Made by a program: the position numbers and the translations under genes | Notes under the pieces: model-generated | Told to the model about the DNA's origin: nothing | Databases searched by the model: none | Seen by the model: only the letters and a program-made list of their open reading frames with translations | Shown here: piece by piece, positions 21,407-31,958 of the stretch | Layout of the letters: every line of letters starts with the position of its first letter | Position numbering within the stretch: position 1 is the first letter of the stretch | Assembly: GCA_964584265.1 (NCBI GenBank) | Contig: CAZOZI010000003.1 | Location: forward strand, 20,619-84,618 | Reading direction: 5' to 3' | Source of the DNA: an uncultured Candidatus Saccharibacteria bacterium | GTDB taxonomy: Bacteria; Patescibacteriota; Saccharimonadia; Saccharimonadales; CAYVSP01 | DNA: 64,000 bases

Positions 21407-22305
21407 GACAAACGTTCCTTAGCAACAATTTGACGCCCGAATACTTGTCTGTACAAAGCGGCAATAATGCCAAGACAAAACAGCCAGCTTCTTCTTAGCC
21501 CAACCAGTCTTCCTCTACCTCGGCAATACTCTCGGTATTTTTTCCACAGCGCCGGTAGTAGATTCTTCAGCCGAACTGCCCGAAGCGTGAAGAACATTTC
21601 ATTTCGGTAAAACATAGGTGTATCCAGAATATCAGTATAGCTTTTGTTGCGTGTCCCGCCAGTGTGCGTAGCTAAATGAGTTAGAAAAGCACGTGGCTCA
21701 TAGAATATTTTCATACCAGCGCTTGTCATCTTCAAGGCTAGATTGCTTTCTTCTCGGAATGCATTGCCAAAAAAAAGGGTATTAAAACCACCAAGCTTGA
21801 GCGCACCCGCTACCTTTAGGGCACAATTACCACCGGGGAAAGCATTGGTATAACCAGCTTCGGTAGCCGTAAACACACCGTTTGAAACTGCGTATTTATC
21901 AAACCGCAGGACTTCTTTTTTTATAGGAAAGCCTTTTTGTAAGACTCTGCCTCCCACAGCACTAACTTCAGGATGTTCTTTAAATGCTTGCAGATGGTAT
22001 CTCACTAAATCTTTGCTGACTACAACATCATCATCTAGAAATAAAACGATCTGAGCACTAGTGCGACGTAAAGCAAAATTGCGTGCGGCTGGTAAGGATG
22101 GCGGATCAGCTAAGAAATATAGAAAACGAGGATCTTTTATTTCACCAATTGCCTTAGTAAATTCAGAAGAGTGATTGGGGCTTTGATCAACTATCATTAG
22201 TTCTAAATTTTGGTGAGATTGGTCCAAAATGCCATGAATAGTATCTAAGAGCACTCCTTCGCGCTTATATGTTGGTATTGCCACGCAGATGTCTGGATTA
22301 CTCAT
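21403..22305 (-). CDS. glycosyltransferase family 2
   Basis: N-terminal GT-A signature (ICVAIPTYKREGVLLDTIHGILDQ...VDQS) with DxD FLDDDVV. 4-nt overlap with the downstream gene. Confidence 0.8.
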   Translation of the reverse strand: MSNPDICVAIPTYKREGVLLDTIHGILDQSHQNLELMIVDQSPNHSSEFTKAIGEIKDPRFLYFLADPPSLPAARNFALRRTSAQIVLFLDDDVVVSKDLVRYHLQAFKEHPEVSAVGGRVLQKGFPIKKEVLRFDKYAVSNGVFTATEAGYTNAFPGGNCALKVAGALKLGGFNTLFFGNAFREESNLALKMTSAGMKIFYEPRAFLTHLATHTGGTRNKSYTDILDTPMFYRNEMFFTLRAVRLKNLLPALWKKYREYCRGRGRLVGLRRSWLFCLGIIAALYRQVFGRQIVAKERLS

Positions 22306-23239
22306 GGTAACCTTTTGCTTTACGCACTAATTTACCAGCTTTATTCCTATAGGTGTAAGGTGTGAGCAAGGTTGAGCGTAGCAAACGCAGCGCAAAGCCA
22401 TATTGGTTTTGTTGCCAAGCTTTATTAATGATATAGCTTCTGTTAGCTAATATGCGATCAATTCGTAGTTGCCCATCCGCTAATTTTTTATATTGTGCCA
22501 GTCGAATCTTTTTGCCCAAAGCAAGTCGTTCTTTTTCGTCCCATGCGAGAGCCTGAATTTCATAAATCTTCTGTAGCTGTAGCTTCTTATTAGACAAAGA
22601 AATACCAAGAGTATTTTCCCGGTAGACATAAAGTGGTTCATTAATATTAGCAAAGTCACCAAACTTACTTAAGCGTAGCCAAAGTTCATAATCCTCAGCC
22701 GGCCAGAAATCTTGCTTGTACATACCAACTTGTAAGGCAGCCTTTTTATTGAATATCACAGAACCATGCGCAAACGGTGATCGTAGTAATAATTCCTGTT
22801 TAAGTTCGGCTTCTGCCAAGAGCACATGGTGTTTGTGCCTAATACGACCACCGTTATCCATTACTTTCATAGAAGATCCAAGGACCACAGTATTTTTATG
22901 GTCTCCTAAAAAAAGCATCTGCTTTTCTAAACGGTCCGGCTCTGAGTAATCATCAGCATCCTGGCGTGCAATAAATGTGCCTTTTGCCTTTTTGATTCCC
23001 CGATTAAGCGAGGCTACCAAGCCTTGGTTATTTTGGGCTATGTTTATTACACGAGGGTCATCATAAGTGGCTAGAATCTCAGCTGTGTCATCAGTTGATC
23101 CATCATTTATAATAATGAACTCAAAATCTTTGTATGTTTGGTTTAAAATACTGTCAATTGCCTTACGGACATAACTAGCATCATTATAGACACCCATAAT
23201 TACACTTATTCGAGGCGTATTGCTCACAATTTTATCCAT
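22298..23239 (-). CDS. glycosyltransferase family 2
   Basis: ISVIMGVYNDASYVRKAIDSILNQTYKDFEFIIINDGSTDDT...RQDADDYS. Confidence 0.85.
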   Translation of the reverse strand: MDKIVSNTPRISVIMGVYNDASYVRKAIDSILNQTYKDFEFIIINDGSTDDTAEILATYDDPRVINIAQNNQGLVASLNRGIKKAKGTFIARQDADDYSEPDRLEKQMLFLGDHKNTVVLGSSMKVMDNGGRIRHKHHVLLAEAELKQELLLRSPFAHGSVIFNKKAALQVGMYKQDFWPAEDYELWLRLSKFGDFANINEPLYVYRENTLGISLSNKKLQLQKIYEIQALAWDEKERLALGKKIRLAQYKKLADGQLRIDRILANRSYIINKAWQQNQYGFALRLLRSTLLTPYTYRNKAGKLVRKAKGYHE

Positions 23240-24114
23240 TCCCGGGGGACTATTTTTATCTCCTGGTTGGCTTTTTTATCTTGGAACCATTGCTTTGGAG
23301 CAATCACAATCTTATTTGGATTTTCGTTAAGCCATGCACCCCACCAACTAAATGAACTATTGGCCAAAATGTCGTGTTTGCAATGCTTTACGACGCGCAT
23401 GTCATCTGATCCTAACTTATTTTCTACATAAGAAGTTGGGTAACCAAGATTCAGGTTTTGTTTGCACCAGGCAATGTCATTTGAGCAAACAAAAAGAGCA
23501 ATCTGCTTACGCCGGCTGCTCGGTAGTTTCTTGACAAGCAGACCCAAAGCCTTTTGGTAATAATACAAATCTTTTAGGCCATGGAAAGCTTTAGTCTGTG
23601 CGTTTTCGGCATAATCTCCACGCCTTATATGTAACCAAATTGATTCGGAATTTTGTATTTTGTTAATAAGCTCTTGGTTAGTTTTATTAGGAGCGCTAGA
23701 GGGTTCTAGTTCTTTGAGTAATTGCGGTCGAATGTCAGCAAAATAACCTTCATTTTGCCAATAACCAACTAAATACGAGTTATCAGGTAAAGATAAAACC
23801 TCTGGGTGGAACCCCAGACTTTTTTCATGATAGCTATACAGTGTTTTACCGGGTAATAATTTACTCAACAAACGTGGTTTGCGTTGAGTGGGCTGATTGG
23901 GATCAACAATATAGAAGCCTTTAAGATTAGTCGTATTGGCTTGTAGTGGGTAACAGCCCAGCTCGTATTCACGCTGTGAATCAACCTCTGCGACTTCTTT
24001 GAACCAACTCGTGTCAAGTAGTAGTTGAGTTTTATGTTGCATAGCGAGTCGGCGTCCTACAGCGTACTGGAACAGCTGATTACTATGACCACCCATTAGC
24101 CTTACAACAATCAT
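23224..24114 (-). CDS. alpha-1,2-fucosyltransferase (GT11)
   Basis: GT11 motifs MGGHSNQLFQYA, HIRRGDY and NSSFSWWGAWL. I place the start at MIVVRL (ATG 24114), which makes an ATGA overlap with the upstream stop, rather than the track start 24189. Confidence 0.85.
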   Translation of the reverse strand: MIVVRLMGGHSNQLFQYAVGRRLAMQHKTQLLLDTSWFKEVAEVDSQREYELGCYPLQANTTNLKGFYIVDPNQPTQRKPRLLSKLLPGKTLYSYHEKSLGFHPEVLSLPDNSYLVGYWQNEGYFADIRPQLLKELEPSSAPNKTNQELINKIQNSESIWLHIRRGDYAENAQTKAFHGLKDLYYYQKALGLLVKKLPSSRRKQIALFVCSNDIAWCKQNLNLGYPTSYVENKLGSDDMRVVKHCKHDILANSSFSWWGAWLNENPNKIVIAPKQWFQDKKANQEIKIVPREWIKL

Positions 24115-25307
24115 GATTTGCCAACCAATCTGTTGTAAAGATCTAAATAATCTTGAGTTAGCTTCTGCCAGGTATATTTTTGCTGCCATGCCTGGCGTCC
24201 ATGGCGGCCCAACACTTTACGACGCTTTGGGCTATAAATCAATCTCGCAATCTGCCAAAGCGTATCTTTAAGGTCAGCACGTACGCGACCGTTTTCCATC
24301 TCATGTGATTTAATAACGACGCCACCCCCAGTCCATTTAGCAATTTCTGCACTATTGCCAGCCGCTGTAGCCACAAAAGGAACCCCAGCCGCGTTGGCTT
24401 CAAACAGCACCAAAGGACTGGCTTCAATATTTGATAAAAATACAAATATATCGGCACACTTCAGTAGCTCGAGTACCTTGTTGCGCTTTGTGCCATCAAT
24501 CATAATCACTCTCTTACCCATAAATTTAGGATTGTTGTTTATGCGCTTGACCTGCGTTTTAAAAAGATCGTAGCTTCCTACCCCAGGAGTAATTGTACCG
24601 GCGCACACTAATGTAGCACGAGCCGGCAAGCGCTTAAAGATAGCTAAAAGCTCAGTGTGTCCTTTTTCCCCAGTGTAATTGGCTATTGTCATAAGCATAG
24701 TGCCTTTGACACCATATTTTTCCCTAATTTGCTTCTTTTCAGTGACAGTTTGTATATCTGCAAACTCATTCTCATCGGCACCGTTTGGAATTAGATGAAT
24801 ATTTTTAAGTTTGTGCTGCCGTGCAAAGTTAATATCTCGGTAATCATTAGACAAGTAAACACTTGCATCAAACTTTCTAAGGTAACCAGGCATATCCTTG
24901 AAATATTGTTTGTATATAGGATCATACAATGCAGAGTAGCCGCATGGGACGATAACCTTCTTGGCTTTAATCTTGTCCATAATTGGCAGCATTAAATCGG
25001 TTGTCCACTGCTGCGCGGCATAGGTCATAATGACATCAAAACCGCCGGTTATCAGAAAATCCTGGTATTTTTTTAGATCGCCGGTCAACCCCGTGACGAT
25101 GCTCATACCCTGTTGAGAGGTCGGCCGAATATCGAACTCGACGATCTTTACCCCATTATGCGTCAAACTTTTTCTATCCGTTAATTTGCGGGTAGCGACA
25201 TAAACATCGTGCCCAGCTTGGGCCATGCGCTCACTCAAATGCCTAACTACTTCGGGTGCTCCACTAATAGAAGGGTAGTATGATTCAACCGCGTGTAGTA
25301 TTTTCAT
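24111..25307 (-). CDS. glycosyltransferase family 1
   Basis: MKILHAVESYYPSISGAPEVVRHL..., then C-terminal EASPLVLFEANAAGVPFVAT. 398 aa. Confidence 0.8.
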   Translation of the reverse strand: MKILHAVESYYPSISGAPEVVRHLSERMAQAGHDVYVATRKLTDRKSLTHNGVKIVEFDIRPTSQQGMSIVTGLTGDLKKYQDFLITGGFDVIMTYAAQQWTTDLMLPIMDKIKAKKVIVPCGYSALYDPIYKQYFKDMPGYLRKFDASVYLSNDYRDINFARQHKLKNIHLIPNGADENEFADIQTVTEKKQIREKYGVKGTMLMTIANYTGEKGHTELLAIFKRLPARATLVCAGTITPGVGSYDLFKTQVKRINNNPKFMGKRVIMIDGTKRNKVLELLKCADIFVFLSNIEASPLVLFEANAAGVPFVATAAGNSAEIAKWTGGGVVIKSHEMENGRVRADLKDTLWQIARLIYSPKRRKVLGRHGRQAWQQKYTWQKLTQDYLDLYNRLVGKS

Positions 25308-27064
25308 GAGCGTACCTTTAGTTTAACAAGTGCTTTATGCAGACCTCGCTTTAAAACATCAAACAACACTCTAAGTGCGCGCACCGGTGCAATAAGTACC
25401 AGACCACTCCATGTGCACAAGAAAAATTTAAGCTTTTTGCGCCGCAACGACTCAAAGGCTATGTGGTAAAGCATATTCTTGTAAACGTCGACGACACTCG
25501 AAGCACTATGGGGCAGACGGGTATATTTTTTGTAATGCTTGCGAATAGTAAATGGTGATATAGGTGGTATTGGACTATTCCATAATTCCTCAACTAATTG
25601 ATCTCGTGAGCCGTGCTGGGTGGATTGCTTGGAGTGTGAAATGCTGGCAGGATTAAGCCGATATAAATAGAGACTTTCGGGCACGATTGCAAAACGCCAG
25701 TATGGTGCCAGTTGACGCCACAAATTATAGTCTTCGACGGCATGATAATTGTCGCTGTATAGGCCGGCTTCAATCAAGGCTTTCCGGCGGATTAGGGCTG
25801 AACCGTGACCAATCGGGTTGGTGTACAGCAGGCACAGATGAATATCTTCCGGCATAGTCGGCATTACGATCGTTATTGAAGGTTTATCTTCCAGATCGAC
25901 ATATGTAAAAAAGCTGCCCACTACAGCCAAACGCTCATCGCTTTTCATCAGGTCTAATTCTTTAGCAAAACGCTCCGGCTGAGAAATGTCATCACTGTCT
26001 TGTCGAGCTATAAAAGTACCACGTCCTAACTTAACACCTTGATTTAGTGAATAAACTAAGCCATGGTTGGTCTGGGGTAGAACCCGGACCCGTGGGTCTT
26101 TAATTTCCCACAGTTGTTTAAGTACCGGCTCAGTCGAACCGTCTTCGATAATGATGAATTCAAAATCTTTAAATGTTTGATTAAGAATACTATCGATTGC
26201 TCGTTGCAAGTACGTCTGGCTGTTATAGACGCTCATAACGACTGAAATGGCCGGATGGTCGCCACTTTCAACTTTGAGACGGCTCCAGTTTTCCTGCATG
26301 TCAGCCAGCTGCCTTTCAAGCTGTAAACGTTGCGACTTTTTAAGAGTGGAAAAATTCCAAAGCGTATTATATACATTGATAAGGCGCTCAACTGCCAGCA
26401 GAGCATCGGCTTGGGAAATATTGCCCTCATGCGTTCGGTAGTAGGCTAAATTTTTATCGATTGTTTTAACGCCACCAGGAAACGCCACCGCGATCCTAAG
26501 CCATAACTCATAATCCTCAACCGCTTTTAGTCCCTCCGACTCGTCAAAAAGTCCGACTGTCTCAAGAGCACTCCTTCTCACCATAGTAGTCAGCGTGCTG
26601 ACGCTATTCATCTTGAGCAGGTTGGAGAATTTTTCTACCTTTTTTAGGGCTTCAGAAGTTTCGATTCTTTTATTTGTCACCGAACCGTTCTGTTCCATGA
26701 TAACCGCGTGTCCGCAGCTCATTACTGTAGCCGGATTATCAAAAAGGGGGACTTGAGAGGCTAGTTTGTCAGGGAACCATTTGTCATCAGAGTCCTGGAA
26801 CGCTATCAGCTCCCCCTTAGCCTGTCTTATGCCGACATTCCGCGGTACGGCCGGTCGTCCGGACGGTTTGATTTTGATGTAAGTAACCTTTTCGCCGAAC
26901 TGCTTTAAGATTTCGGCGGTGTTATCGGATGAACCGTCATCCACGACAATAATTTCGGTTTCCCACTTGTTGTCTTGCTGCTCTAGCACGCTTTTTATTG
27001 CGTCAGCAATGTAGGCGGCACGATTATAGGTCGGGATGATTACGCTGACGCGTGGTTTAGCCAT
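25304..27064 (-). CDS. bifunctional glycosyltransferase with two GT2 (GT-A) domains
   Basis: Two complete GT2 signatures. The first is VSVIIPTYNRAAYI...VVDDGSSDNT...FQDSDD. The second is ISVVMSVYNSQTYL...IIEDGSTEP...RQDSDD. 586 aa. Confidence 0.85.
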   Translation of the reverse strand: MAKPRVSVIIPTYNRAAYIADAIKSVLEQQDNKWETEIIVVDDGSSDNTAEILKQFGEKVTYIKIKPSGRPAVPRNVGIRQAKGELIAFQDSDDKWFPDKLASQVPLFDNPATVMSCGHAVIMEQNGSVTNKRIETSEALKKVEKFSNLLKMNSVSTLTTMVRRSALETVGLFDESEGLKAVEDYELWLRIAVAFPGGVKTIDKNLAYYRTHEGNISQADALLAVERLINVYNTLWNFSTLKKSQRLQLERQLADMQENWSRLKVESGDHPAISVVMSVYNSQTYLQRAIDSILNQTFKDFEFIIIEDGSTEPVLKQLWEIKDPRVRVLPQTNHGLVYSLNQGVKLGRGTFIARQDSDDISQPERFAKELDLMKSDERLAVVGSFFTYVDLEDKPSITIVMPTMPEDIHLCLLYTNPIGHGSALIRRKALIEAGLYSDNYHAVEDYNLWRQLAPYWRFAIVPESLYLYRLNPASISHSKQSTQHGSRDQLVEELWNSPIPPISPFTIRKHYKKYTRLPHSASSVVDVYKNMLYHIAFESLRRKKLKFFLCTWSGLVLIAPVRALRVLFDVLKRGLHKALVKLKVRS

Positions 27065-27711
27065 TACTTCGCAATTGTTCTTTTTAGCTGTTGGTCAAAC
27101 TCACTCAACCATATATTGAGGAGTGACGTTTCAAACTCGCTGTCATTGACCGTAAAGCCGTTGAGATATTTCGTAGCTAGGGTGCGGGCTTTCTCGGCAT
27201 CAATTTCACCAAAGCCTTTGACGGCCTGGACAGTAATGTTGCGTGTGGCCAGGTAGACGGTCTTTTCAACCTTGACCTTTTTAAATCCTAACAATTTGCA
27301 GACCTCGCGGAAGGCATGCTCGGTCCAACCTTCGTAATGCGTCGCCCACGGCGCTTCGTTGGATCCGAAAATATGGCGCAAAGCTACCTTACGGTTGTGA
27401 TCAGACTCTTTTTTATCTAGCACTACTCGGGCACTTTCTTCAAAGTCTGGAACTTCAATATGAATTTTACCGCCGCGATTTAACCAGGAGTGCCATGACA
27501 CCAGCAATGCCAAAGCGATGTGTCTTGGGAAGTGTTCATAAGTATGGTGCAAGCGGACTTCTTCGATGCTTCTAGCTTTATAGCGTAGCTTTGTTAGATC
27601 GGCAAACTCATCTGCCACTGACTTTTCCTGAACAGTATGTTCAGTTAAAGGGAAGTCTATATTGACGTATCCTTCCAGATAAACCTGACCGCAACCAAGA
27701 TGTAGTTTCAC
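27064..27711 (-). CDS. class I SAM-dependent methyltransferase
   Basis: MKLHLGCGQVYLEGYVNIDFP... is the Methyltransf_11/23-style glycine-rich N-terminus. 215 aa, embedded in the GT operon. Confidence 0.7.
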   Translation of the reverse strand: MKLHLGCGQVYLEGYVNIDFPLTEHTVQEKSVADEFADLTKLRYKARSIEEVRLHHTYEHFPRHIALALLVSWHSWLNRGGKIHIEVPDFEESARVVLDKKESDHNRKVALRHIFGSNEAPWATHYEGWTEHAFREVCKLLGFKKVKVEKTVYLATRNITVQAVKGFGEIDAEKARTLATKYLNGFTVNDSEFETSLLNIWLSEFDQQLKRTIAK

Positions 27712-28520
27712 TTTCTAAGCCTTTCTAATAAGCTCTTTTTTTGCATCCAATATTTCTCTGCCGTCTTACCTGAATCGTTAAAAGGTTTTTCAATCCAATC
27801 ATTTTTTGGTTTGCCAAGATGTTTCCACCGCTTCTCGTATGTTGCCCAATCCTGCTTTTGCCTCTCCATATTTGTGGCCCTTACTTCACTGTTCGCATCA
27901 GAGAAGTGCTCAATGTATGAATCGGGCGAATCTATTGTGAGATAACCTGCTTCCCACATGCGCAAAGATAGATCGCCGTCAGCGTGGTAAAAAAACAGGT
28001 TTTCGGCATCAACATAATCCACTTTCTGTAAGGCTTCGCGGGTATACAAGCCATGATTGACGAACATTCTATCTCCCCATGCTAGTCCAACCCAGTATTT
28101 TTCTTGTTCCGGCCAGTTGCGCCAATAAAATGCTACGCCTCCTAATTTCTTGCCAGCTTTGATTTGCTTGTCAGCCAACGCGATACCATTTTTGATAGCA
28201 CCCGGAACTGCTAAACAGTCATCGCTGAGCATGCAGACATATTTGCCGCTGGCAGCGCGAAAGCCGAGATTCATAAAATAGCCCCAACTCTTGCGCTCAA
28301 TCGGTTTACCGTGCCATTCGCCCCGGTTGTGCTGGATAATACTAATGATATCTTTTTGGTCGGCTAACCAGACAATCGTGCCATCTGTTGAGCCTCCGTC
28401 AACCACAAAGATTTCAGAGGGGATATCTTCTATGTCTTTTCTCAGTGTCTCGAGTGTGGCTTGCAAAAACGGCAGGCGGTTATAGCTACCAATAACCACT
28501 GATACTACGGGCTTTTTCAT
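27708..28520 (-). CDS. glycosyltransferase family 2
   Basis: VSVVIGSYNRLPFLQATLETL...FVVDGGSTDGT...MLSDDCL. Confidence 0.8.
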   Translation of the reverse strand: MKKPVVSVVIGSYNRLPFLQATLETLRKDIEDIPSEIFVVDGGSTDGTIVWLADQKDIISIIQHNRGEWHGKPIERKSWGYFMNLGFRAASGKYVCMLSDDCLAVPGAIKNGIALADKQIKAGKKLGGVAFYWRNWPEQEKYWVGLAWGDRMFVNHGLYTREALQKVDYVDAENLFFYHADGDLSLRMWEAGYLTIDSPDSYIEHFSDANSEVRATNMERQKQDWATYEKRWKHLGKPKNDWIEKPFNDSGKTAEKYWMQKKSLLERLRK

Positions 28521-28637
28521 ATAGAGTTATTTTATCCTATTTACAGGATACTTACCGCTCAACTTTTAGTTTGGTGACATCATTTTTCAAATGTTCTATG
28601 TCACGATCGTCAAGTAGCCTAATCCCGAATTAATCTT

Positions 28638-29585
28638 TCATTCAAGCTTACTTAACCTTGACTGCTGATCTTTTGAAGCTTTTAAATAATGGATCACCGC
28701 AGTCAGGATGCCCCTAGATTGCATTCTTCGTTTATAGTTAAAGTCCGGATTATCAATTTCGCTGGCGGTTTGCTCGGGCGGATGGGTATAATCAACCTTT
28801 ATACTCGAGACGGTTAAACCTTTTTTCAAAGCCGTAAGGACAGGAAAGAATAGAGTATTTGCCCATGCCTCAGTATTAACCAGAGAGTGTGTTTTTGCTT
28901 CTCCTGGCTCAAACGCATAACGCTCCATAAAAAGTTTAATTAATCCGGGCTCATTACGAATGATTCGCGGCCCCATAAACATATCTAGTTCGGGCGCATC
29001 AGGTTTTATTAAGCCGGCTATCTGCGCAAGTCGGCTGAAAAGTCTATTACTCTTTTGCTCAAATTTGGCCTGTTCTTCTGGATAGGTGGAATAGCTATAA
29101 CTGGTTCTTTCCGGGATAACAATGTCGGCTTTGCCCTCCAGGATGGGCTGCGCTACAGCTGGAATAAGGTCACGGACTAAGGATATTTTTTCGGGCTCTG
29201 TTATGCAGATAACTTCTACGCCTGTCTGGGCAGCACTTTCTCGTATAGCTTGCCGTCGAGCCCCGCTCATGTGTTTTTCTTCTTGAGCCGAAACTCGCGC
29301 ACCCAAGCTTCTTGCGGTATCAATAAAGGACTGGGTACTACCACTGTCAACGACAACAACTTGATAGCCGTTCTCTGTAGCCGCTGCTATGGTTTCAAGA
29401 GCGAGATTCCCTCTTAATTGGTCAATGTTTTCTTCGATTGTGCCACCCTGGCGCCAGATCGGATAATAGGTAATAGTCGCAATAGCTACCCTGGAAGGGT
29501 TGGATAGTACCTCTTCTGAAATACTTTGTTCTTTGGGTAAGATGTTTACTTTTTCGCTGGCGGTTGGCTCGACATTGATTGACAT
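28638..29585 (-). CDS. GT-A-fold glycosyltransferase-like protein (family unassigned)
   Basis: VAIATITYYP...YQVVVVDSGS...ICITEPEK has a Rossmann-like GT-A layout without a canonical GT2 DxD. 315 aa. Confidence 0.4.
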   Translation of the reverse strand: MSINVEPTASEKVNILPKEQSISEEVLSNPSRVAIATITYYPIWRQGGTIEENIDQLRGNLALETIAAATENGYQVVVVDSGSTQSFIDTARSLGARVSAQEEKHMSGARRQAIRESAAQTGVEVICITEPEKISLVRDLIPAVAQPILEGKADIVIPERTSYSYSTYPEEQAKFEQKSNRLFSRLAQIAGLIKPDAPELDMFMGPRIIRNEPGLIKLFMERYAFEPGEAKTHSLVNTEAWANTLFFPVLTALKKGLTVSSIKVDYTHPPEQTASEIDNPDFNYKRRMQSRGILTAVIHYLKASKDQQSRLSKLE

Positions 29586-29629
29586 GGGACCTATATTATA
29601 TATGAAATAACCTATTCTTGCAAGTACTT

Positions 29630-30775
29630 CTATATTATGTAAAGGATAGCTTTATTGAGCTCTTTTCTAAAATATTCAGGCGAATGGTGGCGCATCGCTG
29701 TCTGGCGCGTCTTTTGAGATAGCACTGCTACCTGCTTTGGAGTTAGTTTAGCCATATGACGTACTGTTTTCTGAATGGTAAGTATACTGCAATCAGACAG
29801 AACCTTGCCGCATTCGCGCGTATCCAGCCGCGTTTCCTTTGAAACAATCGGTATCAGGCCCTGATTCATACACTCCACGACCGAACCGGCTTGCCCTTCA
29901 CTACAAGATGGCAAAATCACAAAGGCGCATTTGTCCATAACTTCATAAAATTCCGGTGTACGCATATTCACCTCACCAATGAGATGTATATTAGGCAGGT
30001 TTAACTCATGCTTAAAAACACTCAATACTTGTTCATCCAGGACTGTCACAATATATAGATGTTCATCCAGTTCTTTAAATGCATCAATCGCTAAATCTAA
30101 ACCTTTGTGAATATTGCCAGCCCCGGCAAAGAACAGGAAATTATGACGTGCATCTACGAAGTTTTTCTTCATTTTTTCAAAATGATTGTCCGGGTAGCTT
30201 GCATTATTAACGGTAATTACCTTTAGATTGGGAGGGTACGTTTCAGACATTGATGGATCACCCAACACAATAATACTGTCAGCAGCTTCGTTTACAGGAT
30301 CTTCAGATGCTTCAATGTAACGGTCGCGTGGTACTTCAACACCGTGGCGCTTTTTGAAATTAGTCCTGCGCTTATCTTCTTGCTCATTATTAAATTTCCA
30401 ATAACTGCCCGTTAGCCAGTGGATAATCTTGGGCTTTCCTAACAAATTAGGATAGATGTTTTGAAAGTTTTTGCCGCCATGGAAAACTACCAATTCATAG
30501 TCCTTTTCTGGCGTAAATGTCGCGTCATCCCAACTAATAATATCTACTTCATAATCCAGCTCATTCAAAACGCGTGCCCAGCTTCTGCCAATACCTTCAT
30601 TGCTAAATCGTACGGTTGGTTGACCACGCAATTCAGCGATAACCGTATGTGGTAAATATGCCAACAAGGCGCGTTTCTTGGGGGGGCGTTTGAGCCAGGT
30701 CTTGTATCCGAAAATGCGGGCTGGGTTATCTGTAATAGTCGGCGCTGTGGTTGGTGAATATCTTCGGAACAGCAT
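29630..30775 (-). CDS. glycosyltransferase family 1-like protein
   Basis: C-terminal half has the GT-B motif LPSCSEGQAGSVVECMNQGLIPIVS. The N-terminal half is atypical. 381 aa. Confidence 0.6.
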   Translation of the reverse strand: MLFRRYSPTTAPTITDNPARIFGYKTWLKRPPKKRALLAYLPHTVIAELRGQPTVRFSNEGIGRSWARVLNELDYEVDIISWDDATFTPEKDYELVVFHGGKNFQNIYPNLLGKPKIIHWLTGSYWKFNNEQEDKRRTNFKKRHGVEVPRDRYIEASEDPVNEAADSIIVLGDPSMSETYPPNLKVITVNNASYPDNHFEKMKKNFVDARHNFLFFAGAGNIHKGLDLAIDAFKELDEHLYIVTVLDEQVLSVFKHELNLPNIHLIGEVNMRTPEFYEVMDKCAFVILPSCSEGQAGSVVECMNQGLIPIVSKETRLDTRECGKVLSDCSILTIQKTVRHMAKLTPKQVAVLSQKTRQTAMRHHSPEYFRKELNKAILYII

Positions 30776-30776
30776 A

Positions 30777-31958
30777 CTAATGTTTTTCAGGCGAATTAAT
30801 TACCCCTAGCATGCGATCTGTATACGCAGCCCATGAAACAAACGGCGTCAATTTCTTATCTGCTCGCGCAGTAATTTTTTTAGTTTTCTCAGGGTGCTCG
30901 ATAATATCAGCAAGCGCTACAGCAACCTCTCTTGGGCTTCGGGGGTTTACAACCCATCCTGTTTGATGATGTTTAACAAGATCAGCCGCGCCAATATTAT
31001 TAGTAATGACAGCTGGTAGATGGGCAGCAATGGCTTCAAACACAGAGATACCCCATGTAAAACCATCGTTTATAAAAATAAAAACGTCGCTATTTGTGTA
31101 CAACTCAACCATCTCTTTGTCTGGCACATAGTTTTTAAACTCAACTGCATTCTGGACACCTTTATTTTTTGCTAATGTCTTCAGCTTTTGATAATAATTC
31201 GGGGATATATCCTGACGACCTACAATAATCACCTTGACTTGTAGTTGTTTCTTTTGAAGATATGGAATAGCAGAGATGAGGTCTTCGTAACGGCGATGCG
31301 GAAAGAGCACACCTACGGACAAAATCGTATAAGTTTCCTTTTTGTCATATGTACGCGTTTTAGCATACTGCTTAAAGGTATCGAGATCGGCACCGGCTGA
31401 TACGACGATAGCATTGCGGTGCAGAGTTTTCCGCACAAGCCGTTGGTTGTGCTCATCGTAGGTTACAAAATTGGTAACCGCTTTCAGCCCTTGACGAATT
31501 AATCCTACCCGAGATATAGCTTTCGTTGATTCCCGGAGCTTGGTTTTTAAAGTGCCGATCGTTTGTTTATAGACGCTCTTGATCTCAGGAGTGTAGTGCT
31601 TTAAGTGTTCGGGTAACTGATTATTGAGCATCCAGACCACCTTAGGCGGACGATGTTCTAGTAAAGCCACGCCAATCAGGCTGAGCTCGTCGTGAATAAT
31701 CAATGCATCAAGATCAGCGGCAATTTTAGCGGCTAATGCTTGATAAGCTGCGACCGGTCCGGCATTAGCCTGTTTAGCCGGCAAGCTAACGATATCTAAG
31801 GTTTTAATATCATCTGGGTAGCAATTTATTTTATCGACTTTAGGACTATAAATAATAACCTGATGGCCTTTATGGACGAGTGTTTGACTTAGGCGTATGA
31901 CAAGCTTCTGGTAGCCCCCACTTATTTCGAGATTGTTGACGAGCATGCCAATACGCAT
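30777..31958 (-). CDS. glycosyltransferase family 1
   Basis: MRIGMLVNNLEISGGYQKLV... I prefer this start (ATG 31958, a TGATG junction with the upstream stop) over the track start 31994. Confidence 0.8.
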   Translation of the reverse strand: MRIGMLVNNLEISGGYQKLVIRLSQTLVHKGHQVIIYSPKVDKINCYPDDIKTLDIVSLPAKQANAGPVAAYQALAAKIAADLDALIIHDELSLIGVALLEHRPPKVVWMLNNQLPEHLKHYTPEIKSVYKQTIGTLKTKLRESTKAISRVGLIRQGLKAVTNFVTYDEHNQRLVRKTLHRNAIVVSAGADLDTFKQYAKTRTYDKKETYTILSVGVLFPHRRYEDLISAIPYLQKKQLQVKVIIVGRQDISPNYYQKLKTLAKNKGVQNAVEFKNYVPDKEMVELYTNSDVFIFINDGFTWGISVFEAIAAHLPAVITNNIGAADLVKHHQTGWVVNPRSPREVAVALADIIEHPEKTKKITARADKKLTPFVSWAAYTDRMLGVINSPEKH

